From the IMG/VR virus record IMGVR_UViG_3300045988_155993: 46,294 nucleotides of DNA; one strand, given 5' to 3'. The stretch is from a virus. Under the pieces are notes generated by a model. It searched no databases. It was not told where the DNA came from and saw nothing but the letters and a program-made list of their open reading frames with translations. This document shows positions 41,191-46,294 of this stretch, piece after piece (positions within the stretch are counted from its first letter, which is position 1; every line of letters begins with the position of its first letter). The translations under genes and the position numbers were made by a program.

Positions 41191-41550
41191 ATGCTACATT
41201 TAGACGGTAGACCATGGGCTTTAAAGCCCTACAAAGATTACAAAAATCAACCCGAGAAATATCAAGAAAAAGCCGTTGGGATAAGGCCTAAATTTGGAGA
41301 GTTCCAACAATTCCAAGTTCATGACGTCAATTTCTCACAATTAAGGAGACCGATCTACGGATTTGTTTATCTACAGATATTCGGTTGCGAGATAGATTTA
41401 AGAGCAGGGGATTGTGTTACTGTCGACAAGATTTTGTATATTCAAAACAAAAACAAGCTTACGACTATTGGATGCACAATCAAAGAAAAATCGCCTTTCC
41501 AAAGTGATTATGAAGTTGGAAATCAAGAAGAAAACGGGCCTACATTTTAG
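41191..41550 (+). CDS. Putative terminase small subunit (P27-family-like N-terminus)
   Basis: RBS AGGAGG about 8 nt before the ATG. N-terminal LDGRPWALKPYKDYKNQPEK resembles the GRPPKP start of P27-family TerS. The gene lies directly upstream of the large terminase gene. Confidence 0.45.
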   Translation: MLHLDGRPWALKPYKDYKNQPEKYQEKAVGIRPKFGEFQQFQVHDVNFSQLRRPIYGFVYLQIFGCEIDLRAGDCVTVDKILYIQNKNKLTTIGCTIKEKSPFQSDYEVGNQEENGPTF

Positions 41551-41567
41551 GAGACATCTAAATATAT

Positions 41568-43340
41568 ATGGCTGAAAACATGTCTAAAGTAATCAACGAT
41601 TACAAGATTGCTTTACGAAATACGGGAGCTTCCACTTCAATTCAGATGTTAAAGATTGCTAAAAATCTATACGATGCAATGCTACAGCATTACGAATATT
41701 GCGAGGAAATGAATTTAACCAAACATGAGTATCGCATCTGCCAGTTAATAGACGAGGAGGTTCTTCCTAAACTTGACAAGGGAATAATCGGCACGAACAG
41801 CTTAAAGGTTGCTAACAATCTGTTTGGCATAAGAAAGAAATTCTTTGCTTTGTCTGCAAGAAGAATTCTAAAGAACTTTGCCTTGTACATAGAAAGTTAC
41901 AAGAAAAAGAAGATTTGGGACAAGACAATGGAGACGGTAGAGCCAGTTTTTTATTATGCTGACCAGTTTATTGTCAGCGATACTTTAAATCTAATGCGTG
42001 TATCGTGCATGCCCGGACTTGGTAAATCGTATATGGGCAACTTGCTTCTAGCAAATGCCTTTGGGAACAATCCTAATTTGAGTGCTTTAAGAATTACATT
42101 CTCGGACGACTTGGTTAAAATCACAACAGCCCAAACAAAAACTATTATGAATTCACAAGCATACAAGGAAATATTTCCAAGATATGACGATCCCAATGTA
42201 TTACATAAAGGAAAATACGTCTTCAAAAAAGACGACAACCATTCGTTTTGTTTATGTGATTGTGAGGACGAATTCAATCTATTCGCTGTTACAAGGGACG
42301 GTCAAGCGACTGGAAAACGTGCAAAACTTGTTGTTATTGACGACTTGCTAAAAGGAGAAGTTGAAAGCACAAACGTGACCCTTCACAATCAACTCGTAGA
42401 TAGATACGACTCCGACTGGTCTTCACGTGCTGACGACGACAACCAAAAAACATTGTTGCTAGGTACTATGTGGGCGAATACGGATTTATTGAATGTCATG
42501 TACGACAGAGCTTCAAGTGGTGCAGAAGATTTGATTGCTGACCATAAGCATAGATTTACCGAATTGACGAAAGATGGAAAGAGTGTGTTTATTGGAATAC
42601 CTGCTCTTGACAAATACGACAATTCGACATGTCCTAAACGTTTTTCTTCCGAGTCATTGAAGAACAAACGAAAATTCATGTCTAAATTCCTATGGCAAGC
42701 GGTTTATATGCAAGACCCTATTGCTCCTGACGGGTTGGAATTCAACTATTCGGTATTACAGACATACAAAGAGAAGGTTAAAAAACGTTCAGATATTAGA
42801 TACGGTGCTCTTGACCCTGCAAGACGTGGTAAGAACTATGTTTCAATGCCTATTGTCTACGGTTATCCAAGAGAGGACTCAATGGATAATATCTTTTATT
42901 TGGTCGATTTCTTGTATCAGAAGAAAGGAATGGATGATTTATACGACCCTATTGTCGATATGATCATCAAGCATCAATTAAACCAACTCGTTGTAGAAAA
43001 CAATACAGACACCTCTCTTAAAACTGTTTTAGAGGAGAGGTTACACAAAAAAGGTTACTACGGTTGCAATATCGTAGAAAAATATTCTACTCAAAATAAA
43101 GAGCAGAGAATTAAAGATTATCAATCCACGGTTAGAAATAGCATTGTTTATCCTGCACAGAATTTATTCAGTCCAATCACGCAAATGGGTGAAGCTATGG
43201 AGTCAATCACTTCATATTCTTTTAATTATCCAAACAAATTTGATGATGCGATTGATAGTATCGTGCTTTTATGTATGGAATTTATAAACAATAGATTGAA
43301 ATTTCCAACTGTTGGAAGCTTTAAAAGAGTTAATTTTTGA
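41568..43340 (+). CDS. Terminase large subunit (ATPase plus nuclease) with an N-terminal extension of about 140 aa
   Basis: Walker A-like CMPGLGKSY, Walker B-like KLVVIDD, and a C-terminal nuclease-domain acidic motif (DDAIDS). Confidence 0.8.
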   Translation: MAENMSKVINDYKIALRNTGASTSIQMLKIAKNLYDAMLQHYEYCEEMNLTKHEYRICQLIDEEVLPKLDKGIIGTNSLKVANNLFGIRKKFFALSARRILKNFALYIESYKKKKIWDKTMETVEPVFYYADQFIVSDTLNLMRVSCMPGLGKSYMGNLLLANAFGNNPNLSALRITFSDDLVKITTAQTKTIMNSQAYKEIFPRYDDPNVLHKGKYVFKKDDNHSFCLCDCEDEFNLFAVTRDGQATGKRAKLVVIDDLLKGEVESTNVTLHNQLVDRYDSDWSSRADDDNQKTLLLGTMWANTDLLNVMYDRASSGAEDLIADHKHRFTELTKDGKSVFIGIPALDKYDNSTCPKRFSSESLKNKRKFMSKFLWQAVYMQDPIAPDGLEFNYSVLQTYKEKVKKRSDIRYGALDPARRGKNYVSMPIVYGYPREDSMDNIFYLVDFLYQKKGMDDLYDPIVDMIIKHQLNQLVVENNTDTSLKTVLEERLHKKGYYGCNIVEKYSTQNKEQRIKDYQSTVRNSIVYPAQNLFSPITQMGEAMESITSYSFNYPNKFDDAIDSIVLLCMEFINNRLKFPTVGSFKRVNF

Positions 43341-43352
43341 TAGGAGGTAAAT

Positions 43353-44921
43353 ATGGAGACAAAAAATGAAACCTCAATGTTTAAAAAAGGCAATTATCGT
43401 TTCGGTAGAATTGTTATTAGAATTCCAGTTTCTAAATATTCTTTGAATGAGAATGTCATAAGCGCATATTTGCCTTATATCATGAGGATGCATGCATCAA
43501 ATGTTGCCGACTATATGCATTTAGATATGGTTTATCGAGGAAATTCCAATATTTGGCAAAAAGAAAGGCAATTTGTTGATGATGCAAGCGAAAAAATGAA
43601 TGCAATCGTAGAAGAAGGTCATCCCTTTTCAATGGTTGAATTCAAAAAAGGGTATATGTACGGGGATGATGTTAAATATTCATGCGCAGACGATACAATG
43701 TGCACAGACGATATTACAATCATCAATAGATACATGAAAAGTCAAAACAAATCATCTAAAAATGTTGAAATTGCACAAGATGTTTATGTCGCAGGAAGTG
43801 GAAATCGTATCGTTTTACCTAAACCGTTAGGTATTGACTACGATATTTCAAGAGACGCACCATTCGATATATACAATCTTGAGTATTGTAATTCGTTTAT
43901 TGTTTATTCAAGTAATTTTACGAAAGAAAAACTGTTCGGCGGAATTATCACAACGATAGACTCTACAGATCCAAACAACGTTATTTATCAATTGATGATT
44001 TACGATCATATGTGGGCCTATGAGTTTTATATCGGTGGAAATGCTACTGGATTTTATTTTGACTCGGGACATTTTGTTAAAAAAATAAGACATTACATAG
44101 GAATTTGCCCATTCGTTGAATGGAGAATTAACAAGGTGAGAATGGGAATTGTTGAAAGAGTAGAGTCGCTATGTGATGCGGTCAATACGATTTCTTCAAA
44201 CAGTGTTGATAACGTTGTTGACTTTGTAAATTCAATTTTAGTTGTCTACAACCAAAACATTGATAAAAAAGCAAAGAAAGAAGTAGACCAAAACGGAGCA
44301 ATGTCTCTTAATACAATCGACCCAAGCAGACCTGCTGATGCAAAATATCTAACTAACTTATTAAACAATGCGGATGTCAACACAAAGTACGAAGCGTTGG
44401 TTAAAGTTGCTTATGCATTGGTCGGCGTTCCACAAGCAAATACTCAAACTACCTCGGGTGGAGACACAGGAGAAGCAAGATTGCTTGGTGGAGGTTGGGC
44501 GAGAGCTGATATTGTCGCTAAACAAGACGAGATTCTTCTTAAAGACTCGGAAAGAGAAATGCTTGAAATAGTTATCAACATTTGCTCAAAACATCCACAA
44601 TGCGAAATAAATGACATTTACGCAAGTGACATTGAAATTAATTTCAGTAGAACTAAAAACGATAATCTTCTTGTTAAGGTTCAAGCTTTAACTCAATTAA
44701 TTCAAATGAACGTTCCCAAAGAAGTTGCTTTAAATATCGTTGGACTTGTAGGCGACCCTCACGAGGTTGCTCATGCATGGGAAGATGAAGTTAAAAAAGC
44801 TCAACAAAGAAGTCTTGAAATGATGCAACAAAAACAAAGTAACCCTAACAAGGATGATAAACAAAATAACCAAGATGATTTAGAAAACAAACCAAAACAA
44901 GACGAAAAAGACACTTCATAG
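43353..44921 (+). CDS. Portal protein
   Basis: 522 aa directly after the large terminase gene. The C-terminal tail is acidic and rich in Q/N/K. Confidence 0.75.
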   Translation: METKNETSMFKKGNYRFGRIVIRIPVSKYSLNENVISAYLPYIMRMHASNVADYMHLDMVYRGNSNIWQKERQFVDDASEKMNAIVEEGHPFSMVEFKKGYMYGDDVKYSCADDTMCTDDITIINRYMKSQNKSSKNVEIAQDVYVAGSGNRIVLPKPLGIDYDISRDAPFDIYNLEYCNSFIVYSSNFTKEKLFGGIITTIDSTDPNNVIYQLMIYDHMWAYEFYIGGNATGFYFDSGHFVKKIRHYIGICPFVEWRINKVRMGIVERVESLCDAVNTISSNSVDNVVDFVNSILVVYNQNIDKKAKKEVDQNGAMSLNTIDPSRPADAKYLTNLLNNADVNTKYEALVKVAYALVGVPQANTQTTSGGDTGEARLLGGGWARADIVAKQDEILLKDSEREMLEIVINICSKHPQCEINDIYASDIEINFSRTKNDNLLVKVQALTQLIQMNVPKEVALNIVGLVGDPHEVAHAWEDEVKKAQQRSLEMMQQKQSNPNKDDKQNNQDDLENKPKQDEKDTS

Positions 44922-44940
44922 CAGGTGTCTTTTTTATATG
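44905..44940 (+). terminator. Terminator-like hairpin after the portal gene
   Basis: AGACAC...GTGTCT followed by a T6 run. Confidence 0.4.
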
Positions 44941-45041
44941 TCAGAGAAGACACTAAAACGCAGATTGTGAGAGAACACAAGCCATAAAAAACGCAACACG
45001 GGGGCGGAGATGCCTACTTAACAAGCGCAAGGAGAATATTT

Positions 45042-45695
45042 ATGAATACAGAATTTTTAAGAACTTTATACGCTCCAACAGAAGGCGGAGCAAGTGGCGA
45101 AGGAGGAGAAGGTGGAACTCCTGCTAATGGAGAAAATCCAACTAATGAAGGTAGCAATCCAACAGAAGGAGGAACAAATAATCCAATATCCAACCCACAG
45201 CCAACAGAAGAAAAAACAATTTCAAAAGCTGAATACGATAAGCTTGCAAGTGAGTTAGCAAAGTTCAAAAGAGAAGTGAAAGCTAAAGAACGTGAAAAAA
45301 TGTCAGAAGAAGAAAGACAAAGAGCTGAATATGAAGATAACAAAAAAGAGTTAGAAGCATTGAGAAAAGAAAATTCTAAATCTAAAGCTATCAGCAAATT
45401 AAGCAAGACAAAAGCAAGTGATGAACTTGTAGAAGGTTTAGCAGAAGCTCTAGTTTCAAATGACACAGAAACAATTGTAGAGTCTATTGTCAAATTGGTT
45501 GAGTCTGTCACAAGTGCGACTAGCAAGGAATTAGAAACTGTTAAGTTAGGTGCTACTCCTCGACCACAACAAGGAGATAACACTACAACTAAAGTCCCTA
45601 GTGTAGAAGATTACAAAAAAATGACAATCGACGAAAGAATTCAATTAAAAATTTCTAACCCACAATTATACGCAGTCTTATCGAACAGCCAATAA
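45042..45695 (+). CDS. Scaffolding protein
   Basis: Low-complexity N-terminus (GEGGEGG), coiled-coil core, and position between the portal and capsid genes. Confidence 0.7.
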   Translation: MNTEFLRTLYAPTEGGASGEGGEGGTPANGENPTNEGSNPTEGGTNNPISNPQPTEEKTISKAEYDKLASELAKFKREVKAKEREKMSEEERQRAEYEDNKKELEALRKENSKSKAISKLSKTKASDELVEGLAEALVSNDTETIVESIVKLVESVTSATSKELETVKLGATPRPQQGDNTTTKVPSVEDYKKMTIDERIQLKISNPQLYAVLSNSQ

Positions 45696-45714
45696 ACGAT
45701 AGGAGGAAATAAAT

Positions 45715-46294
45715 ATGCCAAGAGAAGGTGTTTTTAACGGTGTAGTATTTGATCCCAATATTTTTGCGGGATATATGCAAGAACAATCATGTTTAAATAC
45801 AGCGATTATTCAATCAGGTATTTTAGTAGAAGACCCAATTATTAAAAAAGCGTTAGGGAGTGACGGGAATGTAGGAACAACTCCATTCTTCTTACCAGTG
45901 GATGAAGAAGGAGACGCTTTAAACTATGACGGTAAAACAAACAACGTCCCTAGTGAATTAAAAAATAGTAAGCAAATGTTTATGGCTATTGGTAGACAAA
46001 AAGCTTGGAAAGAAAATACATTTGTTCGCTATTTAAGTGGTAAATCACCATTACAAAATTTAGCAGATCGTTTAGTTGTACCTTATTGGACTTTCCAATG
46101 GCAACAAGATTTATTAGCAGTCATTAAAGGTGTTTTAGGAGTAACTGAAATGAAATCACATATTACTGATTTATCAGTAGCTAGCGGTTCAATCACAGAT
46201 GCAAATAAAATTTCTTTAGAAACACCTGTAGATGCAGGACAAAAAGCTTTAGGAGATAAAAGGAAAGAATTCTCTTTATTTATTTGCCATTCAG
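45715..46294 (+). CDS. Major capsid protein, N-terminal part (continues at 1..489; total about 337 aa)
   Basis: RBS TAGGAGG upstream. The frame is open to the window end and continuous with frame 1 at position 1. Confidence 0.8.
   Translation, partial: MPREGVFNGVVFDPNIFAGYMQEQSCLNTAIIQSGILVEDPIIKKALGSDGNVGTTPFFLPVDEEGDALNYDGKTNNVPSELKNSKQMFMAIGRQKAWKENTFVRYLSGKSPLQNLADRLVVPYWTFQWQQDLLAVIKGVLGVTEMKSHITDLSVASGSITDANKISLETPVDAGQKALGDKRKEFSLFICHS
46240..46294. repeat. Terminal direct repeat (identical to 1..55)
   Basis: Exact identity with 1..55. Confidence 0.9.

Overview
This window looks like a complete temperate siphovirus-type phage or prophage genome of about 46.2 kb, from a low-GC Gram-positive (Bacillota/Lactobacillales-like) host. 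The record is circularly closed: bases 1..55 are identical to 46240..46294, and the major capsid gene reads in frame across that junction (45715..46294 into 56..489). Apart from a 2.3-kb cassette on the minus strand, genes sit on the plus strand in the usual modular order:

- Packaging and head: P27-like small terminase, large terminase, portal, scaffold, major capsid, wrapping around the ends.
- Head-tail and tail: connector proteins, major tail protein, G/T chaperone pair, tape measure, tail-associated lysin-like protein ending in an S74-type intramolecular chaperone, putative receptor-binding protein.
- Lysis: XkdX-like protein, holin, endolysin. Two extra genes sit between holin and endolysin: a tandem-DUF2829 (Tad2-like) protein and a DUF4406 (nucleoside 2-deoxyribosyltransferase-like) protein. 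I read these as a candidate, undescribed anti-signalling unit.
- Integration: attP-like repeat region and a tyrosine integrase split by an A7 frameshift.
- Lysogeny switch: signal-peptide protein, cI-like repressor, divergent promoter/operator, Cro-like protein, Bro-N antirepressor.
- Recombination: YqaJ exonuclease, DUF1351-like protein, RecT, SSB and a neighbouring protein, three of which share an acidic C-terminal tail ending in PF. A RuvC-like resolvase follows.
- Replication: replisome organiser and a G39P-like helicase loader, with no phage helicase.
- Methyltransferases: a Dam-type gene split at a G8 tract (phase-variation candidate) and a second small methyltransferase, plus a dimeric dUTPase.
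- Accessory zone (34.6..41.2 kb): a minus-strand cassette (XRE, small serine recombinase, ribbon-helix-helix (RHH) protein, Rha) with its own operators and terminators; an ArdA anti-restriction operon; a 1.5-kb repeat-rich noncoding region with a putative small RNA, tRNA-Ser(GCU), a cold-shock protein gene and a D-armless tRNA-like element.

Four genes are broken at homopolymers (integrase, Dam methyltransferase, and a 3D-domain gene twice), so both sequencing error and genuine decay or phase variation need to be considered. All calls rest on reading the translated ORFs and the nucleotide sequence by eye; no database searches were possible.
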